DNA of 64,000 nucleotides, from positions 13,020,001 through 13,084,000 of the forward strand of contig CM106585.1 in NCBI GenBank assembly GCA_048013815.1, in the 5' to 3' direction. Below are positions 20,264 through 31,500 of this stretch, piece by piece. Source of the stretch: Setoptus koraiensis (taxonomy: Eukaryota; Animalia; Arthropoda). The notes beneath the pieces are model-generated. The model had not been told where the DNA came from. It searched no databases and worked only from the letters and a program-made list of their open reading frames with translations. A program made the position numbers and the translations under genes. The number at the start of each line of letters is the position of its first letter. Position 1 is the stretch's first letter.

Positions 20264-22654
20264 ATGTCTAGTAATGCTACGCGCCGCCAAGCTAATCCGT
20301 TACATGAATCCCAGCAGCAGCACCATCAACAGCAAGCCAATAATGAGTTTTTCCTATTCAACTCTATCAATGGAACAGCAACACTAAATGGTCACATTAG
20401 TAACAGCAACAACAACAGGTCAACCACCGCATCTTTGGCCAACAACCCACCGGCCAACGGCAACCCTACTCAGCCTATGTCGTCTTGTGTCGCAGCGTTG
20501 ATTCAACACCAACAACAACAACAACAAAAACCATTGAATGCACCCATTATAACCACCGCATCCAGTCCACTCATTCAGCCGGCCGCCACATCTTTACTCA
20601 TGATAAATCCGGCAGCTAAAATTCTCGCCGCCGATCAGCAGCAACAGGCGCCCGCCGAACTACCATCGCCCAAGGTCTCTAAATTGGACTCTATCATCAA
20701 CAGATTGAAAACAAACAAATCAACTGATAGTATTGCCAGGCCAAATGGCGGCATTTCACCATTGTTGCAACATGCTAACAATACTATAATGTCACAACAG
20801 CACCAACAACAACAACAACAGCATCAACAACATTCTATGAATATGACAAAACCACAACAGAGAACAGCCCCCGTGGCGCACAATAATTCGCACACAGCAA
20901 CCACCACATTAGTGCCCCACCAAATGCAACAAGTTGTCGGCAACACTAATAATGTCCCAAATGCTCCGCCAACAATTCATAATGGCCATTCTTCATTCAG
21001 CAGAAATAACACCACCACCAACACCGCCTTGCTAAATGTAAATGCTAACAAAAACCAGCAGCCCATAGTCAATAGTCAAGCCACGCAGACACTCATATCA
21101 GCGGGCACACTCGAAGTCAAACCTGGCCCCATTGATCTGAATCCTGATCTGCTTAAAGATCTCAGATCTTCCATCAACAATCAAACACTTGATCTGGCCA
21201 ATCTATTGACAACTCTTATTGGTAATGGTAACAAGAATGCGGATAATCACAACAACAACAACAAAGACAACCCTTCAGCACCAATGGAAAAGAATTTATT
21301 TGTTAATGACGAATTGTTCAAAAAGCAACTACAGCGTATTGATAGTGAGATCAAAATGATAGCGGCACACTCTAGGAACAAACTTTATTCGTTGAATAGC
21401 TTCCCGTCACTCAACAAGGACTCTGGCCCTATTTTACCTTCGGATCTACCACCAATATTACCGCCACCACCACCTTGGATACCCAAGCGCTGTGCCAGTA
21501 ATTCAGGTGCTAACAACACTTTGGACCTTTCCAGACGAGTTAACTATAATTCCAGAGCATCGACCTCTTCAACACCTCAATCTAGCACAAATAGAAACTG
21601 CCAGCCTACCAACAATAGCGCTAGAAAACAAAATCAAGCTCAATCTTTATTACTGCGCAATGGCACCAATTGTGTGGTCCCAGAATCAACTTTCCGTCGA
21701 CAGTACAGAACTGATCAGCCTCTCACGGAGGAGCGCCATTCGTTTGTGTCCAAGATCCGAGTAGATCCAAAGAACTCTCTCAATGTCACTCTCACTTACA
21801 CTAACCGTCCGTCGCCCTATTCCAGAGCACCACAATCACCGATGAAATCTTGTCAGCAGCATGAGCAACAATCAACATTGTTAGCGAAAGCTTCCGGTAA
21901 CAATAGACAAATGCCATCTAACTGTCGTCAGACTCAGCCGGCCACTCAAACTATCTCATCATCTATTGTTAAAGTAGTTGTACCACCAGTCAAATGTGCA
22001 CATACAGTTAGTCAGAATGATCATCCGGATGAGTTATCGGTGGAGGCCAGTGATGATCTCAGGAAAGAGTACCATGATTTGAATGAAAGATTACAAGAAT
22101 TTCAAAAATTAACATCTATCTCGTTCAAAGGATCGAAGATAGAACCTAATGGTGAGCAGCAACTTATGGACAGTTTTGAAGATAGCGACACTGTCAGGTC
22201 AATGAGAGATTCAAGCTCGTCGCCCAATGAGAATATTGTTCAGCCCTCTCATCATGGCTCCGTCAAGGATAAGTCACAAGAACAATTGAAACCTAGAATT
22301 TACATACCCACATTTAAGGTTCACAGAGACGGTATCATTCCAATGAACACCAAGCAGAAGCAAGAAGTGATAATAGCGACGTCGTTCGGGCTTCAGTTGA
22401 ATAATTATATCGATAGAGAGCGCGTCCAACTTGGCAACGATTCGATGGATGTGGATCAATATGCAAGTTGTTTGAATCTAGTGAGGAGATTAGATTTTGA
22501 ACGTGAAAAGGAATATAAGGAGCAAAATCACGCACCCAAGCTCAGGATGCCTGTGGGAGCGAGGCCACTAAGATTACGTAGAATACGTAAGGACCAATTT
22601 AATGTTCCGGTTAGCGTGAGTTACAGAGCAGCTCGTAAACTCGGATTGAAATAG
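20264..22654 (+). CDS. Intronless Q/N/S-rich protein of unknown function (~796 aa), with short coiled-coil-like segments and a basic C-terminus
   Basis: Open frame 19808-22654. The part before 20264 is microsatellite/UTR-like; ACCATGT at 20261-20267 gives MSSNATRRQ.... The C-terminal ~200 aa are non-repetitive and protein-like. Confidence 0.75.
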   Translation: MSSNATRRQANPLHESQQQHHQQQANNEFFLFNSINGTATLNGHISNSNNNRSTTASLANNPPANGNPTQPMSSCVAALIQHQQQQQQKPLNAPIITTASSPLIQPAATSLLMINPAAKILAADQQQQAPAELPSPKVSKLDSIINRLKTNKSTDSIARPNGGISPLLQHANNTIMSQQHQQQQQQHQQHSMNMTKPQQRTAPVAHNNSHTATTTLVPHQMQQVVGNTNNVPNAPPTIHNGHSSFSRNNTTTNTALLNVNANKNQQPIVNSQATQTLISAGTLEVKPGPIDLNPDLLKDLRSSINNQTLDLANLLTTLIGNGNKNADNHNNNNKDNPSAPMEKNLFVNDELFKKQLQRIDSEIKMIAAHSRNKLYSLNSFPSLNKDSGPILPSDLPPILPPPPPWIPKRCASNSGANNTLDLSRRVNYNSRASTSSTPQSSTNRNCQPTNNSARKQNQAQSLLLRNGTNCVVPESTFRRQYRTDQPLTEERHSFVSKIRVDPKNSLNVTLTYTNRPSPYSRAPQSPMKSCQQHEQQSTLLAKASGNNRQMPSNCRQTQPATQTISSSIVKVVVPPVKCAHTVSQNDHPDELSVEASDDLRKEYHDLNERLQEFQKLTSISFKGSKIEPNGEQQLMDSFEDSDTVRSMRDSSSSPNENIVQPSHHGSVKDKSQEQLKPRIYIPTFKVHRDGIIPMNTKQKQEVIIATSFGLQLNNYIDRERVQLGNDSMDVDQYASCLNLVRRLDFEREKEYKEQNHAPKLRMPVGARPLRLRRIRKDQFNVPVSVSYRAARKLGLK

Positions 22655-23189
22655 TTATTAAACCATGAGAAAAGTTCTATAAACATATCCAACAATGAAA
22701 CCGCTAACGGCATTCGTCGGAAAACTTCGAAAGTTGTAAATCCCATAGTTTTTATTGTTCATAAAACATAAGACTGACTAACGCGCCCACACCATTTTTC
22801 CTCTCTTGGAGGATATCCGAGAAACGCCCATTGGCACCACCCATGACCCATAACATAATCTAGGGGATATTTTTGAGCAGAATGTATTATATTCTACATG
22901 TATAAACAAAATTCTATTTAAATAAGACACACATCGAACGCGGTAATGTTCGTAGATATACGTATATATAAATATATATACATCAACATTTAAAAAAACA
23001 AATAGACTAAGAGTTTCCTTCTTTGCTCTAAGAAAGAAAAGATGAGGTATAACGAAAGTAGGGCTTCGTTTACATTCCACCAGACACATTCTAACTTTTA
23101 ATTTTTCTACTAATCAAGACATCCAGTGTATTTGTTATCGACTTGATCTTGTATTACATAGACCTCTAATTTTGTCTACCTAATGTGTT

Positions 23190-24653
23190 TCATTCACTCA
23201 TTTTCGACATGTTTGAGTCAGCCTGGGACGGTATTTTTCCATCGGCCACTTGCTCCAAAAGAGTGGCTGCCATATAGGCGTCTCTCCTTTCTTCACGAAT
23301 TTCTTTGCTAGCAAGTTGACACCTCAATTTGATTTCTTTATCGTTTAGAAGTCTCTGGATGGTTGTGAGAAGCTGCTGCTCGCCGCAATTGAACAGATTG
23401 AGTCTTAAACCAAAACCTTTCTCTTCTATTCTGGCGGCGTTATCTAATTGATCGTGAAACATCGGACAAACCAGTAAACCAGGCACACCAAAATAAAATG
23501 CCTCAGTAATTGTATTATTGCCACCATGAGTTATAAGCATGTCAACTAGGGGCAATATCTTTGGCTGATCCACATACTTTTCGCCCCACATGTTATCAGG
23601 CAGTGGAATGAATTGCTTGTATCTGGGCCCCAGAGCAACAATGTATCTGTGAAACGATTTAGCCAATATACTAATTAAGCGCCTCATTACAGGCACGTTA
23701 CAGCTCGTAGTGGTGCCTAGCGACACAAATATCAACTTGTTCGCCTTCGATTGTTCCAAGAAATCATCGAGCGATTGACCGGTGGCTTGGTTGATTCTAT
23801 TTGGCCGTGTTGATGTTGCTGCCGGGGCTGCCCTAATCAATGAATCGCATCTATGCCAATTTGGTAATTGGTTCGCTGTTGTTATTGTATCACAAGTAAC
23901 AGATTGTTGAAACAAGTGATCATTGTAATCAAGACAGGCAGGATACATGTATAGATTTAGATAAGGCGATTCGTTGATGAGTTTGTACTCATTTGATTGA
24001 GACAATTGAGTTAGTTTAACAATGGTGTCTTGACAACAGCTAATAGCCTGCGTAAAATGCGACCAACTCTGTTCAATTAGATCCCTTGAACTAGTGACGG
24101 GCACACCTAACAGTGGCGCTGGAAACAATTGGGGATACCTGTCGAAATATAAGCTCAATGGATTACACGAATGACTCCTGACCCATTTATATGGTGATTT
24201 TGGTGACATTATAGCGGGAACTGTGCACAATTGATCCACAACAATAACATCGGGTTTTATGTTGGCTAACACCAATTGCAATTGTTCATCCATATCAAAT
24301 ATTTCCATCTTGATGGTGTAATCCAATACGGCGAAATTTCTGGCCAATTGTTTTGGAGGATCCGACTCTAGATCTAACGCATCCACAGCGGCCATCCATT
24401 TTTTGTCCAGAGCACTAACATCATCATCATCATTGGGGTCAATTGCTGCTTCTGTTTGATGCTTTTCGAGTGGTGTCGGTTTCCTCAGAACAATCGTCTC
24501 GTGTTTGGTGTTAGTTGAATCGTTGTCATTGCAAATAAACACTGTGCGATGGCCTCTACTCTTGAGAGCGTCAGCCAGAGCCAACAATGAATTGACATGT
24601 CCGTAACCATCGATGGGCACGAAGGCGAACAATCTCTTGTTGGTGTTTGCCAT
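23190..24653 (-). CDS. UGT: UDP-glycosyltransferase (GT1), bacterial MGT/OleD-like type known from mites; intronless, 487 aa
   Basis: Start MANTNKRLFAFVPIDGYGHVNSLL (catalytic His motif), KPDVIVVDQL (catalytic Asp region), IFVSLGT, and UGT signature YVDQPKILPLVDMLITHGGNNTITEAFYFGVPGLLVCPMFHDQLDNAARIEEKGFG. No signal peptide or C-terminal TM helix. The ORF-track extension to 24857 uses a non-ATG start. Confidence 0.95.
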   Translation of the reverse strand: MANTNKRLFAFVPIDGYGHVNSLLALADALKSRGHRTVFICNDNDSTNTKHETIVLRKPTPLEKHQTEAAIDPNDDDDVSALDKKWMAAVDALDLESDPPKQLARNFAVLDYTIKMEIFDMDEQLQLVLANIKPDVIVVDQLCTVPAIMSPKSPYKWVRSHSCNPLSLYFDRYPQLFPAPLLGVPVTSSRDLIEQSWSHFTQAISCCQDTIVKLTQLSQSNEYKLINESPYLNLYMYPACLDYNDHLFQQSVTCDTITTANQLPNWHRCDSLIRAAPAATSTRPNRINQATGQSLDDFLEQSKANKLIFVSLGTTTSCNVPVMRRLISILAKSFHRYIVALGPRYKQFIPLPDNMWGEKYVDQPKILPLVDMLITHGGNNTITEAFYFGVPGLLVCPMFHDQLDNAARIEEKGFGLRLNLFNCGEQQLLTTIQRLLNDKEIKLRCQLASKEIREERRDAYMAATLLEQVADGKIPSQADSNMSKMSE

Positions 24654-25334
24654 GCCCTGATAAGTGTTGCAGTCAATCAGTTTGATGCTAATAAGAAACA
24701 ATATATACGTATTAAATAGCCAATGAGTGTTTTCTAAACAATACTCGATCAATCTCAATCGAGAATGGCCAGACGAGATAAGACGAGACAGGACGAGATG
24801 GTGAATGAGTGGTGTGGTGTGGTGTGGACGGCCTTTTGGAGAGTGTGCTGCTGCCAAAGGGTTATATGGTGACTTGCCGGAGTAGACAAGTGGTTTTCTG
24901 GGTGCTTTTTCAGTGCTTTCAGCGTATAATTATCTACTTTTTAGAGACGGCTACAATTTCTAGGCAGTGAATATCTGGAATGTGAAATATGAGACCAATG
25001 AGTGAGTGTGCATCGCTGGCAACAAGCTGTTCCTCTGTTAGTTCCTTGTGTGCCAATTGCCAAACTGCCAAACAACAGTAATTTATAACAGTAATTTGTT
25101 GTTTTGTGTTAAGGCATCGTTATTTTAAATCCTCAAACTTTACACCTGTCTTATGCTAATTGCCAAATTGGCAAGTGCTCACTAATTATTTATGGCTACG
25201 GCTCATGCTGACGGTGGTTGGTTGGAGGTCGAGCAAGAGAAAAACAAGTGTGACATATATTGATATGTATATTATGACTAGACGCTAAATAAGACAGCTA
25301 TGTATGTATTTATGTATGTTTAGTGGGGCTGCAT

Positions 25335-25523
25335 TTATGGCTTCCGGTGTTCCAATTGGTGCGACATTTGTGTTAGTGTGCGCTGATTGTCAATCACTTT
25401 GAGATCACGGAAGAACAATTCAATGTTTCTGATTGAGCCCTTGAACTTGCACGCGCTCGGCTCCAGTTTCATGGGTCGCGACTTGCAGTACCTGATGGTT
25501 CGCAGCGTCTGGGCCACCATTTG
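25335..25523 (-). CDS. RAPGEF4: Epac last coding exon (end of CDC25 domain)
   Basis: GGCAG|CAA ATG GTG GCC ... CRSRP-like [27 protein letters not shown]; 63 codons including the stop. Confidence 0.9.
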   Translation of the reverse strand, partial: QMVAQTLRTIRYCKSRPMKLEPSACKFKGSIRNIELFFRDLKVIDNQRTLTQMSHQLEHRKP

Positions 25524-28500
25524 CTGCCATTTGACGCAACAGAGATAGATAGATAAACAAGTGGGTCACTATGTGATTGCAAGCACCAAGAACAAAGAAT
25601 CAAAATATCATACGATCGAATACGTTGCTGATAGTTACCATTTTCTCAAAGTTGGCCAGACCCGTCTCGAGGTAGGTCTTGTTGCCCTCGTGGGCGAAGG
25701 TCATATCCTTGAGAAACAAAGGCATGAACGGTATTATGGGGGGCACCATCTTGGAGATGAATATTCTGTAGCGGCGATGGTTGCGCGATGGATCTATGAG
25801 TGACTCGAACTGGGAGAAGGTGCGCTTCAGTTTGCTGGGCAATCGCTCCCACGTTTGATTGAGTCGCGCCACCGCCATATTGCTCAGGCCCATGATGATG
25901 GCGAAGAAGGCGTTGAGGTTCTGGAATTCCTTGCAACTGAACACATCCATACAATTATAATCCATTATCAGATATTAGTTATCAAGTAAAAAATTATCAG
26001 TTATTGGCAATGATTGAGCCGAATAACAATCAACACTAGCTAGGCTAACTAAATTAAATTAGTTATGTAATCATACTCACTGTGCGGCGATCTTGATGAA
26101 TTTGCGCAAAATTTGCACTCGCTTAGACAGCGAGCTCGACAGACAAATCTCTGTGACGACCCAGTACTGGAGCTCGTTGAAATGGCGCAGAAACACGTTT
26201 AGATTTGCCGTGATTTGTTTGAAATTGTGCCTGCCAAACACAGTGTAAATAAGCTCATATTCGTGCAAATTTTGCAACAGTGCCCAACCCAAATTAGTCA
26301 AACAGTAGGCTATGTCTTGCGATGAGAATTCTTCCAGTCTGTTGGTGCACAATTGCGACTGTCTCACCTCCAAATTTTGGTTGTTTGAGTTGGAGTTGGC
26401 CGATTGCGAGCCGGCACCACCCAGGCTCAGCGCCAGGCCGTTGGGGCCGCCAGAGGCCGCCGTTGGGCCGCCATTGGGCCCGCTAGTTAATTGCTCTTGG
26501 TAGAAGTCTTGCTCTGGCAACGGGGTCAAGGCGTCTATGTGATCGATGGGCGACACAAATATGCGCCCGTTGACAGACAAATTTGTGGCGATATTGAGCT
26601 CGCAATCGTTGTACAGGATGCGCTCTGACGAGAGTTGGACAAGTGGCAGTTAAATTAGACGAATAGGATATATTAGATGTATGTCATCATTTATAGTGAG
26701 AGAGAGAAAGATAATAGCTCAGTCACAATAGTTACCTCCGTTAGATTTGATTTGGACCAGAATGAGTTCCTTGTCGCACAGGCCGAGCTTTTCGGCGGCC
26801 TTGAGCTTGATGCGGCCCGCGTCCTCGTCAACTCTGGTGCGCATAGTTGTGTACGTGTGATCCGCGCAATATACTCTGAATATAACTACATGTTAATCAT
26901 GAAATCAGTTAATTAATCAGCATAATTAATATAATAAGTATAGGTACAGTATTTGATTTATAGTATAGTAATTAGCCGCTATGAACTGAATAACTAGAGA
27001 CAAGAAGTGTGTCTAAATAAACCGAAAATACTACGCTTCAACTCACTTTCGTCGCTGGCCTTTATGCTGGACAGACGGTGATCAAGTCGGCGCTGATTCA
27101 ATTGCATCAAGTACATTTCGTTTGAGTTTGCCACTTGAGCCAACTGATTTGCCGTGGCTCCCTGACCGTCCAGGCCACTCATGTCCAGCACGCCGGAATG
27201 ACGCCTAACAGGAAGTATACTGGATTGGCTGTCTGTGACCCACTTGTAGACGCCTCGTTGCTGTTGGTCGTTGTCGAATCTGTTGAAACAATGAGAAAAT
27301 TTTGATTATAAGATTAGAGCGACAATCCTTTTGGAGTGAAACGCGGGCGCGGTAGAATAAGAAGTTGCTATGATTGAGCAAATTGTGTCATACTCACTCT
27401 TGTTTCACATCTACAATCTTGCTGATGGCGGCATATTCCGGCTGGTTGGTGCGATTAGATAGAGAGTGAGGCCATTCGAATCAGCAAATCAAATCAACAA
27501 ATGAGACAAAACGAGACAAAAGTAATGAGATCGCTCAACTAACCTTCAAATCGGGGTACTTGGTGGCGTCGTCCTTGACGCGCAAATGAAAGCCCTGTGC
27601 ACATAATTGGGTTGTTTATGAAATTTACAATAATCACATCTATACACGACCCAGACTAATTAGTTATTGGCAATCGGTAATGCAAGCACTCACCTTGATG
27701 AACAGCTGGATGATGGAATCCTGGAGGAAGTGCTCTCTGGCGATCACCATCCAACATTGGATGAACTTAATTATTCGTCGCTTCTTTGTGATGAGAAACT
27801 CCTCGTCCAGTTTGGCCTTTTGCGACGCATTGAACAGTGTGGAGTTGTGTTTGAAGTTGATCCTAGTTTTTGTGGCAGTGGCAAAATTTGCAGCAAAATA
27901 GAGATTTATCATCAATGAGATAAAGTGAGTCAAGTTTGTGTATTGTATCATTTATTCATTGGGTATTCATTTACTTACTGTGAGCAGTACTGTTTTGATA
28001 GCTCCGAGCAAATGTTTTGCGTTGGCATAAATATCTGGTGAGTTAGGATGAAATCTTCGAGAAATGTATCACCAGCAGTGTAGATATCAGGCAGGTTGAG
28101 CTCCTCGCAAGTCTTTGGCGGCAATATCACAGTGGCGGGCGAGTAGCCATCGATGCGGGTTTCCAGAAGGTGCTCTGCGTATGTACATATATCGGCGTAT
28201 ATAGACGATGAAGAATTCAGTTGATAGCATGCATTAATTGGAAAGTTTTCTTGTTTCATTGTGCCTCATCTACGCAAAGTGTACGCACGATACGAGCATT
28301 TACAACGAAACGATCCAAACAACAAAAGCGGAAAGGGGCGCCACTCGATCCCGCGACGACATCTAATGGTCCCGATGAATATTCATGGATCGAGCGAGAC
28401 ACTAATAGTAGCAGACAGAAATAACTAAGTGTATCGACTAACTCACTAAACATGGATTATATGCAGCCAGTAATTAAACTGAAGCTGCCAACGACGATCT

Positions 28501-31500
28501 GTCTGACTAAACGATGAGATAACTCGACGCAACGTTGCTAGCCAACGTGTTATGTAAATCAATATAAGCCGAAAATGAGCATGTTTGTCAACAGTGCGTA
28601 TAAATAGACAAACGAATGGCAAGCTCCCATCTGAGTCCGTCATTGTCTAGTGGTTAGGATATCTGGCTCTCACCCAGGAGGCCCGGGTTCGATTCCCGGT
28701 GACGGAAGAAACTTTTTGCTGTCGCGCAAAAGATAGTGGTGACATTTGCAACGAAAACATTGCGTAAATAATGTGAGACGAGCAAATATGCAAATTTGGC
28801 ATATGTGCTCCATATGTACGTGTATAAGCAAGAACAGCGTTGATTAGTAAGCTTGCATGGATAAACTGATAGATTGAACAGCAGACAGTTTGTCATTGAA
28901 AAAGTAAGAGTGCCAATTTGGGAGATTAATTAGACCAACAACAACAGATTGCTCTCTGGCCCCTCAGTCTAGTCAGAGATCATGTGGTGCGCCCATTGAG
29001 AGCCCATAGGAATGGGGCAATCGGGCTGACAGTGTGCAAGAATTAGTTGGTTGTGTAATGCGCCTGGATGGAATGGATGGAAACATTGGTTCATTTGCAG
29101 CTTCATTTGAGCGAGAATGCGATACACAAATGAAACGATTATCACAATGTTCATTGTTGTTGCACTGGCACCGATATAAACACCAAATGGTTGTTGCCAC
29201 AATGATGTTTGTCAGCCGCTGTTACTGTTGCTCTACTCATATCAATTAGTTGCATTACATAATGTTTCTGGTTAGACCATTAAGGCGCTTATTCTTATTA
29301 TTGTTGCCATATTATTATTTATTTGCGCCAATGTGTGCCAAGTAACGGATTGGACAACGATTAGAGATGCATTGTTGCCGTGATGCAATGGATATTGGTT
29401 GTGTGCTTGCTGTTTAGGCGATAAATCGGGATAGTTTACAGCCCAAGCTGAGGGCAGATAAATGATAGTGTGATTGCCAGCTGACACACAAACGAACAGA
29501 CCAGCTAGTGGCTAGATGAATGTGGGTCGCCAACAAAGAGAAGAAGCAGATGAAAGAGGCAATTTAGATGATATGATGATATCCGCTGCTGTTACCGTTA
29601 TCATTTGGGGCCCACACACTAGCTGGCACATTGGCGAGCAATGCTAAATCATTATGCTGCGAATAATGTTGAAATGCACCAAGTTCAAATAAATAACACC
29701 ACCGACGCCAATGCAATCGGATCCTGGCCGCACCGACAAATAAAAATATCGCTCGCTGTAGCCAAATGGTTTGATTTGGGGCCCCTTCCGTTCATATTGC
29801 GCGCGTTTATGTTACCAATGTGCACATATTATGCCATATTGTATATCTGTTTGGCCTAAGATGCGATGTGATTTAGTGCGCCAACATGCGACTGAAACAA
29901 GGCACACCAATGATCGATAATGATCAATGGTTGACATGGCCTCCAGTTGCGCAACAAACCCCAAGATAATTAGCGCCAGATTAGTATTACGCGCGCAAAG
30001 TTGCGTGCTGGCAGCACCGACCCACCGAACAGTCGACGCTGGGGCCCCAGCAAACGTGAGCTGGCTGGCCGTCGTGCAGCAGCGTCGCCGTCGATTAAGT
30101 GAAGCTTGACAATTTTATCCCAGGATTGAGGCGCGATTGTCGGAGCGATTTGTTTGGGTTTGGGCCCCTGGCCCGGGCCCCGCCACCGCCGACAACAATT
30201 TTGGTCTGTGCCGACAATTGTCTTGACGATTGTGCGCCATTGTCGATCGTGGCGAGCTGTGCCGGCCGAGCGGCGCCCGCACACACACAGCAATAGGCAT
30301 CAATGAGCAACAATAGGCAACAATAAACAGCAATATGAGCCCCGGCACACAGACAAACTTGCTGCGCCATTGTGCCTGGCAAGCTCGCCGAGTGTCTCGC
30401 CGAATGTGCCGCAAAAGGGGCGACATTGCGACGGAGCTGATTGGTTCACTGGTCACACAATGGAAATGATCGGGGGGAGCACGTATCTCTCAAGGATCCA
30501 TTTCTAGATGGAGCCAGTGGGGGACACTGATGAAATGGAGGCAAGACACAAATAAATCACCGAGCGCCATGGTCGTCATCGCGCGATCCTCACACAAGTG
30601 GGTTCAACAATCTCGCCATTATGGCGCCATGTCTGCCGCTAGTCTGCACTCGGCCCACACAAACAAACGCAAACAAATCGCGGCCGACCGCCGCTTGCGC
30701 AACAATACATCACAATACGCATTACGTATTGCGTAATCTGTAATCAGCAATCAGCAATCAGTGACCAGCGACCAGCGACCAGCGACCAGCGACCAGCGAC
30801 CAGCGACCAGCAACCAGCGACCAGCGACCAGCAATCAATTCAATTGATCACCGGCGCTGCCATGCGAATTGTTATGATGGCCGGCGGCGGCGGCGGTGAC
30901 TGCTGTCTGCATGGGCTCACCTGTTCATTGGGGCCCCGACCGCGCCTGCCAAAGTGTCGCAATAGTGACGCAATGGGGCCCCAATAGTGTAACCCCGAAG
31001 CCCGGTGGGCCCGAGCGACGCCGCCAGGTGACGCCAGCAATCATCATCCCAGTTGCTGGTGCCGGAGGCGCCCGCGAGAGGGCCAAGCGGACCGTTCGAG
31101 ATCGACTAGCATCATTATTTAGGTAGATCCCGCTTAGTTGCACATATTTTATGTGTCGCACACAATGGAGCGTCAATAATTGTGATCAATCGATAAATCA
31201 ATTAGTCGCTCGACAGTATTAGACTATGTTGTAACAGACCGCCGACCAAACTTTGGCCGCCAAAGTCGATTGAGGCGCGAAAAAATTTGAAAAAAAAGAA
31301 GAATTCGACAAATATCCACGTGACGAGTATGCACGTGCCAAATGAGCATGCGACAAATATGCACGCGACAGTACTCACCGAGCATCTTTTCCGGTGTTCC
31401 GGCCATCACAGTGTACTTGAAATGAAGGGCACCATTGGCGGCGATGGCGCCACCTATGTGCGGCTGTGTTGCGGCTTGTTTCGCTTGTTTTGTGGAGGCG

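Noticed and set aside
23190-24857. 555-aa UGT ORF as given by the track
   Set aside because: The extension upstream of 24653 starts at a non-ATG codon and is UTR-like; homology begins at MANTNK.
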